Source of the DNA: Albugo candida
Taxonomy: Eukaryota
Length of the DNA stretch: 64,000 nucleotides
NCBI GenBank assembly: GCA_040437565.1
Contig: JBDOQK010000048.1
Span: 124,001-188,000 of the forward strand
Direction of reading: 5' to 3'
Of the stretch, positions 11,501-23,751 are shown piece by piece. The notes beneath the pieces are model-generated. The model was not told where the DNA came from, made no database searches, and saw only the letters and a list, made by a program, of their open reading frames with translations. Position 1 is the stretch's first letter, and each line of letters begins with the position of its first letter. A program made the translations under genes and the position numbers.

Positions 11501-14500
11501 CTCGACGAGCTTTTCCGTTAAATCTTTGATGGGGAGCTCTGCTGCTCCGTCGGGGATCGTTCCTGCACCAGTGAATTCCTTCTCAAGATCGCCCATAATC
11601 TCATTTTGAAGTGCGGATTTCCCTGCACAATAGCTTTTAATACTTTGATCCGATTTGATTTCCTGCATCGATTTATCGGTACGAAGCGCTACGATCGAAG
11701 ACAGCACGACATCCGGCGATAAGGGTCGATCTTCAATCGTTCCGGTCGCAGGGAATGGCATCACTGGAGGCATTACAACAGGTGCTTGAGGTGCAATTGT
11801 GGCCTCAGGCGTCGGCATATCTTCTTCTTCTGCATCGAAAGTCACGACTTTCTCTTGGAGACTGGCAGCATACTCTGCCGCTGATGAAAAGTCATTCTCG
11901 TGCTCGAAATGGACGACGTCTCTATCGCGTTGATAGTACAAAATCTCACGTTGTGCACGTGAGAAATCACCCGATTGTAATGTCCGAAGTGCCATATTCG
12001 TCAACGTCGGCGAAGGTCCAATTTCAATCAGTCGATAGACTCCATTTCCATTCTTTGAGAACAGATATTCCTGTGTGGTGATCCATTGCACTGGAGATGC
12101 AAATTGATACGCCAACAGTTCTGTAAGGAGAAGATGCATGAGTTCTGGACGAGATACCGATTCCCATGCTGCAGGCTCCAGCACTTTTGCGAGAAACGGG
12201 CTGTTGGTCACGTCGTAAATGTGCTGCACATACGATCGATCCAATGACAAAGGCTTTGCGACCAAATTGGGAATATATCGCCCGATCAGTTTGGAAGCCT
12301 GTTGTGATAATATCTCCGCGTCGATTTTCACACGTAACAGCTTCCGAAACGATGGAACACCACTCAATAATTCACGCGAATGGAATGGAACATCGATACC
12401 CACAAGCGGAATCGTTGCGTGTCCTCGCGAGAGAATAAATGGTCGATTTCCAGCCTTACATTTCTCCTTCCGTGCTTGCGCATGCGACTTTGCTTGCTTG
12501 ATTTCAGCATCCAAATCGATCGTATCGCTTGTATTCTTTGCAAATTTCGATAAAACAGTTGCGAGAACTTCTAAATTCACACTGTCACCAGCGACGACGT
12601 ACTGGAGGTTCTTCACATTGTAATTCACAACTTGGAGTAATTTATCGGTCGCTCGATAGATTGTATCGACAACGTGAAACAAATCCGCAGCAGTAAACCC
12701 ATTTCCAATCCGACTGGGATTCGCCGCTACCATTCCGTACTCGGATCGACCCATTTCATCTCGTTTTACAGCTCGTTGCATGATCAATCCGCGAAGGAAT
12801 ACAATTTCCACAACATCTTCGACTTCTAATGCTTCCGCGAACGAGCACAGGCCAGCGTATTCCCCGAGTGAATGACCAGCAAATGCCGAATCATTGCCAA
12901 TAAGTTGAGCTTTTTTAATCTCACAAAACATTGCTTTCTCCAAAAGAACTAACGCTGGCTGACTGAATTGCGTTGCGAAAAGAAGTCCTTCCGGCGCTGA
13001 GAATGTAAAGCTTTGGGTTCGCTCATTGATTTCAGGGATAAGAGGCACCGATTCGCCTGTTTCCGGTTTCTCACACTTTAATTTCATATAATTCTCGCGA
13101 ATTCGGCGACCATTACGTCCGCCAAAATGAATTGTTATCTGAGACGGATTCTTACGAACGATATCGAGGATCGAGAATCCAAACATTTGCTCGAGATGTT
13201 TCTCTCCACGATTCCACGTCTCACGAGAAATCGACGATATTTCGTATCGATCCATTCCCATCCCAACTTCCGCCGATCCTTGACCCGTAAACACGAAAGC
13301 TGTCAGAGGTTGTTTGATCTCTGCTGTCGCTGTGATCACACGTTCCTTGGACGCATTCACAATTTGGATTTCTAGCAGCTTGTTACCATGACGCTGACCC
13401 ACATGTCGAGCTTGGAGGTACAGCGTATCGCCCGGATACACCATTCCATCGAATTTCGCTGCGTAAGAGACCACATTTGTGTCGTTTTCTTGACCAAATT
13501 TGGCGATAAGAAGCGATCGAACTTTTGTTGCTGACCACATTCCGTGCATAATTGGACGTCCTGAAGGAAGATTCGCGAGGATTGCCGCGTATTCGGATCG
13601 ATGAATTGGATTCAAATCGCGAGATGCCACTGCGTAATCGACGGCGCTTTCGGGGACGGTAATGGAGATGGGAACTTGGAGCATATGGTAGCCTCCATTC
13701 GGGAACAGTGAGCCATTCTTTGAGTGTGCATCGGGCTGTGAGAGACTGTCAATGTACGTGCGAATTGGATCCGCTACCAATCCGTTGGAAGACAATTGAA
13801 TGGTTCCGATCAATTCGACGGCTTTTCCTTTCTTCCACAAATACACTTTCCCCGAAATCTGAAGCGAATCCAAACGATTTGACGCCACAAAAGTCTCTCT
13901 TGTGGTCCATTGGAAACGTAATTCGTCACCAATGGAAATCGACAGCTGTTCCATGGAATTAGACGACGCAACAAACCACGATTTCGACATTAACACTTCA
14001 AAAGCTTCCTCGCGGACGATTTCAACTGTATCGTTCGTCTCACTGATAGCAAATGTGTTTTCAAAATCGTTAAATTCCCCACGAATTAGAAATTCAGACC
14101 GCAATTCGACCACAGGAACCAACTCCTCGACCATATTTTCTGTGATAACTCGTTGCGAAATGGTCGCTATCCCCGACACCGCTTTACCAAATTCAGTGAT
14201 TCTCACGCCGGCTACCTTACAGACACTCATTGTCTCATCGCCGGCTTTGAAGAGGTACGATGTATCGCCCTGGGAGCCCGGCTTTAGCAGCTTGTACGAG
14301 TGGGAAAGATGCACTAAATCCAACAGATTCACATTCACTTGTCGTGTGAAAACAGACTGGATAAGCGGTTTCCACGCAAGAATCGTCGCGAAATCCGCTG
14401 GAGCTGCTTGTTGAGCGTACGTAAATCCCATGGCGGCTTTATAGTCGGTGATATCGCGATCTGTGACGGTTCTTTCGCATACAAATTCGGAAAATACACT

Positions 14501-17500
14501 TTGTGCACAAGCAGCGGAACAAGAAGCTTCCTCGTCGTTCTTTTCCGCGATCCAAAACATTGCGTAAAAGTTTTTTATCGCACGTATTCGTACATCTTCG
14601 TCCTCGTGAATCGCCAGCGGACAATTGGGTTTGTATCGAAAACAGAATCGAAGAGGAACGATGCGAGTCGGTACATCAGAAGTCTGAGGTCGAAGTTCGC
14701 GTATTTCGACGAGAAACTCGTTCTCCGTCTTCTGAATTGTGATACACGGCACCGATTCTCCGTCTTTGCATATTTCCAACCCGTTTTCATACAGAACGTA
14801 TTTTCGATGACAAAGCGGTCGAAGAAGCGGTCGGATAGGATTGGAGATCCATTTCGATCCTCTTACAATATCGCGAGCACGCAATAGCTCCGCGAGGTCC
14901 GAGTCCACGCCCAAGAGACTTGCAAGCCCATCAATCCACAAATCCGAGTCGGAAGGTACGCTTTCGTTCACAGCGATTTCGTATACGTTTGGCAAAGATC
15001 TTTTGACTAAAAGTCCACAAATTGTCTCAATTGGAGGAGAGGAAGCACAGGTTTCCGTGCATGTGTTGTATTTCTCCACTGTTTGGATGTATCCTTCAGC
15101 GATATCGCCGAGGATTTTCGCTACTGGTTCATCACGAATGGTGCTGTATTTGACCGCCACAGGTCCCTGGAGAATGCAAACTCGCTGTGCGTCACGTTCC
15201 GGCACCGCATCGAGATCTTCCGAGTACCAAAGCGAGTCTTTCTTGAACCACGTACGAAAATCTGTGTCGATAATTGGGATGAAATTCACAGGTTTTCCTC
15301 CGCTTTGACAGATATGGAGGAAATAATCAATGTCAGCGATCGACATTGGCGTCGAGGACGCTTGCGGGTAGCACGAAATAAAGTCTCGTAAGACCTCATA
15401 CGGACGTGTTTTCACTTTGACAGAGTCCAATTGGAACGTTGACGAAGTCTTTGTTGAGAAAACCTGAGCACTTCGCTTGATAAAGTCGATCATTCGTGAC
15501 GCATACGATCCATGAATCCAACGATTTGGCAGTTCTCCTTTCTCAACAAACATCAATTCAATCATCCGATCGATAACTTGCTCGTACGTCATTTCGTCGA
15601 GGTCGATAGGCACTCGAATGAGTTCGGAGGAATCCTTTTGAATGACTTTTTTACATCCGAAATACGGCTTCTGGAAATCCTTATTCAGACGTTCGATGAT
15701 CGACGCTTTATCCCGACGTAAGAGCGTGTCCAATTCCTCACGAGGTTTGGAAAAATACATCTCGTCAAAGTCACGCCAGCACATTGTTCCACGGCCTGCG
15801 ATCTTATGTATTGGCTCACCGAGCTCTGAGGTGACAGTGATCACACCTCCGACAATTCCTTTGTAGCTTTTCTCCCATTCTGACTCGTTACTGATCCCAG
15901 GAGTATCGACAAGAAGCTGCTTCACTTCTGTGGCTGTTGCGGCTTCCTTCGCGACCATGATACGTGAGCCAAGCAGAATACCATCCACAGGCATCGACGC
16001 AATACTACCGCGCTTGAGACTCCAATCTCCGGTTAAATACTGAACTGAATCCTTCCAATCGCCAAAACCAGACCCAACAACGAGAACAACGTTCGATACT
16101 CTTCGAATTGCCGCGTACGTATTCTCAAGCGGGTCGTGGAAATCCTCGAAACTGTGATGTCCTCCAGCTCGTCCACCGGTCCATTGGAGCATTACATTCA
16201 TTTTCGGATTCGATTGAGCGATTTCCAGCACGGAATAGATACCATCGATGGATCCAGGCTTGAATGCGATCAAATTGATTCGAACTGATTGGAGTTGCTG
16301 AATGATTTCATCGGCTCGTTCCAGAGAAGGAATACCAGCTCCAATTGTTATGCTCTCGATAGGAACGCCCTGACGCCGAAGACGTAGAACAGCGGGAAAT
16401 TGGAATCCCCACTGTTTGGCATTCAAATACAGCATATTGATTGTGATTCCNNNNNNNNNNNNNNNNNNNNNNNNNNNNNNNNNNNNNNNNNNNNNNNNNN
16501 NNNNNNNNNNNNNNNNNNNNNNNNNNNNNNNNNNNNNNNNNNNNNNNNNNTGGATCCAGGCTTGAATGCGATCAAATTGATTCGAACTGATTGGAGTTGC
16601 TGAATGATTTCATCGGCTCGTTCCAGAGAAGGAATACCAGCTCCAATTGTTATGCTCTCGATAGGAACGCCCTGACGCCGAAGACGTAGAACAGCGGGAA
16701 ATTGGAATCCCCACTGTTTGGCATTCAAATACAGCATATTGATTGTGATTCCGTAGCCAGGTGTGAGTTTGGACACCAATTTGGAGATAGAATCTTCAAA
16801 GATACAGAGACGAGATAATCCTCCACCTGCAAGCTCTGCATGAAATCCTGCATTCTGAGCAGCTGCTACTAAATCGATTCCATTCAAACTCGTCGTTGGA
16901 GTCATTCCGGCAATCATTACAGGCGGCTTTTTCAGCAGCCGAGTGAATCGATTTGAGACCATACGGCGTCCGTGTTCCCTGTGGAGTCTTGGAGCATACG
17001 TTTCGATCCAGCTCTTGTTACAGATACATTCAGAGCTGAAAAGCTGTTCGAGACCGAGATACGGAGTAAATTGGAGCGAGGTAGACGTCACGGAAGACTG
17101 AAATGCTGCTGATACCACAATGAAGCCTGCACCTTCAGCTATCGGAGCACTTAGACGACACACACCCTGTCCGGGTCCAAAATCGAGCACGTAATTCGCA
17201 CGTTTATGGTTCTCCCACACGTGACGCCACGTCGACATCCAATCTGCGACCAAAGTCAATTGCATTGTAACAATCATAGGCATCAAATCTTCCCCTTCAG
17301 CCGCTTGCTGCAAATTGGAAGCGTCCTTTGTCGTTTTGTAGACGGGAATACAAAGTTGTTCGCTCTCACACGTCAACTGAATTCGCTGTAAATCGGTCAG
17401 AATCTGATTTTCTGCGGATGCGACAGCGAGCGAATGAAAGGGGCACGAAAGCGGGATGAAGGACGTGCTCACCGCTTTCGAGCGGTCTGAGAATGGAATT

Positions 17501-18360
17501 CGATTCTGATTCGTTTCGGTCGAATTCGGTTTGCCTTTGAAAACCCGTTCCAACTCCTTTAGCGCCTCGGGATGTCCAGTGATTGAAAACATTTTCTTTC
17601 CATTGATAAGCGAAATCTGAGTTTTGGAGCCTGATTTCTTGTTAAATGAATAGAGGACGTGCTCGACCTCTTCTTCCGTCAGACCGCTCACCGCGAGCAT
17701 TGGAGTCGCGTCTTTCAAAGTCTCAGGGACGAGTGTTGTCCAAGTCTCTTGCACACGAAGTCCGTGCCAAAACATGTACCTTACGTATTGCGATGCGATC
17801 GTATGGAGCTCCATATCGTCTCTTGCAAGTGCACACACTAAAGCGCTCACAATCCCTTGGCTGTGACCGATTGCGCATTCACTTTGTGATAAAACGACTT
17901 TGTGTGTGAGTTGGGCTCTTTCCAAAAAGGCGACATAATTAGCAATTTGAGTGATGAAAATCAACGGATAGCTGTAAATTGCATTCGACCACTCCACAGA
18001 CGAAAGTGTAGGCACTTGTTTTGGATTCGAGAGCCATAGTTGGAGATCGATGGGATTTGAGAGTGCTGGAGACGCTTTCGCTTCGTCCGAATCGGATGCT
18101 TGCAGCAATGCACTAGCGACTTGCGTGATAAATTGTCTGGAAGCTTCCGACTCGTTGTAGAGAAGCTGTAGTTCTTGCCAGTATGCGAGTCCCTGACCTC
18201 CAAATTGGAGGATTACAGAAGCCGTTTCAGTTTGAATTGCCTGCGCAAATGGAGAAATCCTGAGTTCAGGTTGCGCTGACTCTATTTTGGTCTCAGCCAC
18301 TCGTTCTGAACTCGGAAGGGTGGAATCTGCTGAGATTTCATTGTCGGAAGGTGCTTCCAT
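5587..18360 (-). CDS. Single-chain fungal-type type I fatty acid synthase (AT-ER-DH-MPT-ACP-ACP-KR-KS-PPT), ~4,101 aa after collapsing gap overlaps
   Basis: AT GHSQG; ER GGRAGGHHS; DH DLNPIH; MPT GQGS and GHSLGEY; two GKSALQNE ACP motifs; KR VTGCGRNSIG and YAESKL; KS PVGACATA, HGTGT and GHPKGAA; PPT GVDVE...AGRWAAKEAVIKA. Removing 166+302 bp of gap and duplicate leaves 12,306 bp, which is 4,102 codons. Confidence 0.95.
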
Positions 18361-18458
18361 GGTACTTTTAGCTGCACAATTGTAATTCCTGTTTGGTGTT
18401 GTCTTGCTGTGGCAAGGAGCTGCACCAACAAAGAATCAAAAAATCAAATGCACTTGCA

Positions 18459-18510
18459 CCAATGACGCTGATGAGCCAATCGCTCAAGTATTCAGAAGAA
18501 AATAACCAAT
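18459..18510. promoter_or_regulatory. Cluster of three CCAAT boxes upstream of the FAS gene
   Basis: CCAAT at 18459, 18476 and 18506, about 100-150 bp upstream of the FAS ATG. Confidence 0.35.
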
Positions 18511-19243
18511 CGAATATTGAGTTACAAGATTTCAGAAGCTAGGTAGTCGATTCGAAGAATATCGGGGTATGCGGGTGATACGTGTATATAGTTCGTTTTA
18601 TGTGTAAAGTGGACTGTTAGAGTATGTGCTGGTGAAGGTAATTGGATATGAAGTGTTAATTGTAGATGAGAGGGAATGCAGCATGCCAGAATAGAAGACT
18701 GACTCAAATGACGTCATCTTCTATGTACTTTGAAGCAAACTTCAATAAGATGACGCACGAAGCCTCTACCTCTGTAAACCGATATCCTTTATATGATGTT
18801 TTTGTATAATGGAAGAATGCAATGATTTAGCACACAAATTCTAGTTAGAAGCTACCTGCGAAAAGCTTTAGGCTAAAATTATTGTAGTCACTCAGATTCC
18901 ATGAGAGTGCGCGCATCCATCAAGCGACTGTAACGACCTTCTTGATCTACTTTCTCCGACAGTAATAGCACCGTACTTTAAGCAGAAACATCATTCCATA
19001 GAATATGTAGAAAATGATTTAGAAATCCATATCTATGCCTCAGATGAATAGTACCGTGCAAACCACACAGAGCTTACCCTTTCAACTCATTGGAGCGCTA
19101 TCCGCGGAATGCCATTTTCAGTATCGTTCACGCTCTGATAGGCTACAATATACATCTCGTTCTTATTGGCGAAAAGCACTGCTACCATTACCATAGTTCA
19201 CAAAATCGGACGACTCGAAAGGTTTCCTTTAATTTGGTTGCAC

Positions 19244-22200
19244 TTACGCGGCGGAACTGATTTCCGGCGTTTTCTCATTGTGCTGTAATGCATACAAACT
19301 TTTCAGATACTCTAAAGTGAACTGATTGTCATCACAAACGCGAGCAAGATCGCTGAGATGCTGTAATACGCTTTTCTGTAAACTTCGTAATGCACTTCGA
19401 AACGATTGGTTTCCGCTGTCATGATCGCGTAGTTTGGCTCCGTGGGTGTTGAGAATCGCCAATGACCATTGTAAATAAAACTCGAGATGGGGCGATTGGT
19501 CAATTTGTGTCGCGAGAACACCCAGTAATCGCTTTAAATACGCGTCTCGGATACCTTGAGAAACAAGGAGAATACTCTCAACAGGAACTTTTTCCAGACA
19601 CAGTATGATCAAATCCTCTTCATTGAGCTGTAGAGCCATTGTCAATGCTTTTGTAAACTCTTTCCGAATGACATTCTTATGGATTTCTGCGGGTGTGATA
19701 TCTTCATCGAGATCGAATGGATCAAAACTGAGCGTCTCATCCAATCCATAAATCAAAAGCCCTTCTGTCGTAGCGGCCGCCCACGATCGACCGGTGGGAG
19801 AGAAGATCACAGCTTTTGATAACACTTCCATTCGCTGACGTCTTGTTCCAGGATCAACAGCTCGAGTAGCGCCGAGAAGCGCATCGCCAGGCGAGTGTGT
19901 GGAGTTTTGAGCATTTGCATCGATTTCTGTTTTGGAAAGCCCAGAAGCAGTCATTTCGGAGCTGTTGAGATGATGCAAAACGCCTTCAAGCGATCGATTG
20001 TGTGAAATTTGGAATTTTTTGAGAAGGATTTGCTGTGAGGTTTCATAGATGCAAATATATTTGGAACGACCGCCAGCAAGTACACATCTACCATCCGCCG
20101 AGTAGCAAAGACTTGTGAAATGTTTGGAAATTGAGTTGTTTTTTGCAGTGATTTTATCCGTACTTTTACGTCCACCAGCAATGTCTCGTAAGCCATCAAT
20201 CGTTGCCACTTGATCGCCGTCAGCAACATCCCAAATATTGAGATTCCCGTTCAGCGTCGCTGAACAAAGTTGGGAGCCGTCTGGACGGAACGCAATTGCC
20301 AACACGTCAGTGGAGTGAGCAAGTGGCTCAATAAAGCTTTTGTTTTGATATACATTCCATAGCCGTACAGTATGATCCCAAGATCCTGATGCAAGAACTG
20401 GTTCGGCAGTGATCGAAGGGGAAAATGCCAATGATGTGACCGGTGCAGTATGACCATTCAACACATCAGTCAGTCTTCCATTTTGCATGGACCATACGTA
20501 AATATTAAAGAGATCCAAAGAACCCGCGCAAACTATTTGACCACTTTGATCCAAAGCCAAGCAAGTGAATTGCATGGGATCTGGTGTCGTCATCACTCGG
20601 AAGTTTCTATACCGATTCAAGTCGAAAGCCCGCACGGTTCCATCTAATGAGCTGCTTACAATGGCTTGGCCATTGGGAGCGAACCGTACTCCAGTGATTG
20701 GAGCTTGATGTTCCGAAAACGTGACGAAACAAAATCCAGTGCTTGTGTCCCAGAGCTTGAGTTTCGCATCATCTGCACCAGTTGCCAAATAGCGTCCATC
20801 AGGCGAGTAATCAACAACATTCATATCAAAGTAATGGCCTTGTTGTTTCAGAACATACGTTTCCGATCTCCATTCCCATACAAGAAGTTGGCCTAGTTTT
20901 TTAGACGCGAATGCAAGCCAATCACCAGTCGAATTGATTGCAACGGACTCAATCTCATTCTGCGTGATGCTCAGGGTATGAATGTTATTGAAATCGGGTG
21001 TTTCGTAGATTCCAAATGTTCCGTTTCCAAAGCCTACGACCAATAGACCATTCCCAACATGGAAGGAGCAGCACAATACTTTGGCAAAATTCATCTTGAA
21101 AACGTGTTTGGATTTCGTGTACCATTTCACAGCTCTGGCTAGCGTTGGTATCTCGTGTGAAGCGTTTTTGGTTTCAATTGGATCATCTACATCCTCCTCA
21201 CTGGTGGTGGTTGCATTCACATCTTCGGCTTCGTCTCGTACATGATACTGCCACACATATGCTGCTCCGTCACGTGCAATTGTATACAGCTGATGGTCAT
21301 CTTCAGAGAAGAATGTGGCAACAACGATATCCTGATGACCGACAAGTACTACTGGCTGATAATTGGGATACGGATCGACACTGAAGACTCTCACTGAAAG
21401 ATCTTCAGCTCCGGTGACAAAGAATTTGGAATCTTTTGAAAATTGTATACAGGTTATATCACCGTAATGCCCACCATAAGTTCGATATAATGTGAGTGGT
21501 GCAAATTCGCGAATAGCGTAATTGGGAGCTTTCCAAAGCTGGACTTTGTTTCCGTGAGAGACGGCAATATATTTATCATCATGGCTGAAGATGAGTGCTT
21601 TTACAGGCTTTTTGAAGTGAAAGCGATAGAGAATGACTCCTTTTTTCAAATGGATGACAAGAGATCGACCTTCTTCGTCGACAGCAATTAATAATCGCGA
21701 GTTATTCGATATTGCAATACGTGATATGTTTTTGCGACTCTCGAATGCGTAGGTTTTGGATGTGTGACTGCAAATTCAAAATGAAGGTTATTCAGATATA
21801 GGAAGTCTGTTCATGTAGCACGTACTTGATCAAGTCGAAATTTGTGATGCGATTGCCGACAGGACTGAGAATGCAATTCCCATCCGGAGTGAATATTACA
21901 TTTCCGTCGGTGTNNNNNNNNNNNNNNNNNNNNNNNNNNNNNNNNNNNNNNNNNNNNNNNNNNNNNNNNNNNNNNNNNNNNNNNNNNNNNNNNNNNNNNN
22001 NNNNNNNNNNNNNGGATGACAAGAGATCGACCTTCTTCGTCGACAGCAATTAATAATCGCGAGTTATTCGATATTGCAATACGTGATATGTTTTTGCGAC
22101 TCTCGAATGCGTAGGTTTTGGATGTGTGACTGCAAATTCAAAATGAAGGTTATTCAGATATAGGAAGTCTGTTCATGTAGCACGTACTTGATCAAGTCGA

Positions 22201-22385
22201 AATTTGTGATGCGATTGCCGACAGGACTGAGAATGCAATTCCCATCCGGAGTGAATATTACATTTCCGTCGGTGTATACTGACCCACAGAGTTGATTAAA
22301 CTATTCCAATCGCGTACAACAGTGATAATGAGACAATTATAGTTTTATTTCCATGCAATGAGTGTACCTCATACGCAAACTTCAT
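19244..22385 (-). CDS. PWP2: Periodic tryptophan protein 2 (UTP1), WD40 SSU-processome factor
   Basis: Spliced N-terminus MKFAYE/FNQLCGSVYTDGNVIFTPDGNCILSPVGNR; LGQLLVWEWRSETYVLKQQGH; C-terminal SPHLEFYLQW. Confidence 0.95.
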
Positions 22386-22490
22386 CACAATGGATGGACG
22401 CAGCCAATAAGACAATACGATTGGATATTAAAATGCACTTAAATCCAATCAATGTACGCATTCATATTTATCTACCAATCAAAAGCATCC

Positions 22491-23721
22491 ATGGCGCTGC
22501 AAGCATTAAGCACCAAATTTCTCACGCTTTTGCGCAATCACCCAGACTCTATTACTGACACTGAAGTGCGCGAATACTTTGATAATGAAGGCAGTGGAGA
22601 GTACGAAAAACTTCCGCCAATTATAAATACGCTTATGGGTGAAGTAAGACTACAATTCCATCATTTTCATGTATGCTCTTATTGAACTTATGGGCAGGGA
22701 AGAATCAAGTTATTTCAAAAAGGAGCATCTATTTCGTATGCGATCGTCGCACAGGAAGAAGCAGAACGACTCCGCGGCTTAACGTTCGTCCACGCCAACT
22801 CATGGCTCAATAATTCACCTCCTGTCTTCCTATAATAACTAGTGTGGAGCAACGTGTCATTTTGGGCGAAATCGAGCGCGCTGGAAACAAAGGCATCTGG
22901 ACGCGTGATATCAAAATGCAATCGAACATCGCACAGGTGAGGTTCACAACGTGACCGGATCATGCAAACGCTCATTCTTTCATAGCAAGTCGTGGTCAAA
23001 ACCCTCCACTTACTGGAGTCGCGGCAGCTCATAAAATCTGTCAAATCCATCAGTAGCAAAAATAAAAAGCTGTACATGTTATTCGATCTCGGTACCACAA
23101 ACGACCATCACTCCGGATAATTGACTAAAATTACATTTGTATCAGTTCCATCCACAGAAATTACCGGCGGGCCGTGGTATAATGAGCAAGAATTCGATCA
23201 TGTTTTCATCAATACACTGAGCACATTCGTTTACGAAGTCATCAAAGCATCGGTGCGTGAAGCCCAAATTGTTAATTCCCGTTCCTGACATCCGCAGGGT
23301 ATGAGTACGCTGAAAGCCATCACAGATAAAGTGCATGCTTCGGGAATCTCCAAAGTGGCGTTGGGCTCCGAAGAGATTCGCTCGATCCTTCAGACTTTGA
23401 TATATGACGGCCGAATCGAACAAGTTCGTTCTGTGTCCCTCAAACCGACGGTAAATAACACTGTGGGAAAAGTCTTTGCTGAACGCTGAGAGTGATTGTA
23501 GAGCAATGAAGTCAACTATAAAGTCACGCAACAGATAACGACAATGAATTATCTTTCAGAAACACCCTGTGGCGTTTGTCCGGTACGTTTGGAATGGATT
23601 TCAAATTGATACTGATGGAATGAGGCAGGTGTTTGAGCAATGTCGAGAAGGCAATGTTATATCGCCGCGTTCTTGCTTGTATATCACAAAATGGCTTGAT
23701 CTAAAAGATGGCGGGATTTAA
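22491..23721 (+). CDS. POLR3F: RNA polymerase III subunit C34/RPC6, multi-exon
   Basis: Exons give AGNKGIWTRDIK, LIKSVKSI, ITGGPWY and ILQTLIYDGRIE, plus the C-terminal Fe-S motif PCGVCP/VFEQC...SPRSCLYITKWL. Confidence 0.92.
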
Positions 23722-23751
23722 AAAAGGTTGAATACTGTAGCGTGTTTAGAG

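Noticed and set aside
279-17909. Numerous antisense and alternative-frame ORFs over the DPP and FAS genes
   Set aside because: These are shadow ORFs of long coding sequences with no recognisable motifs.
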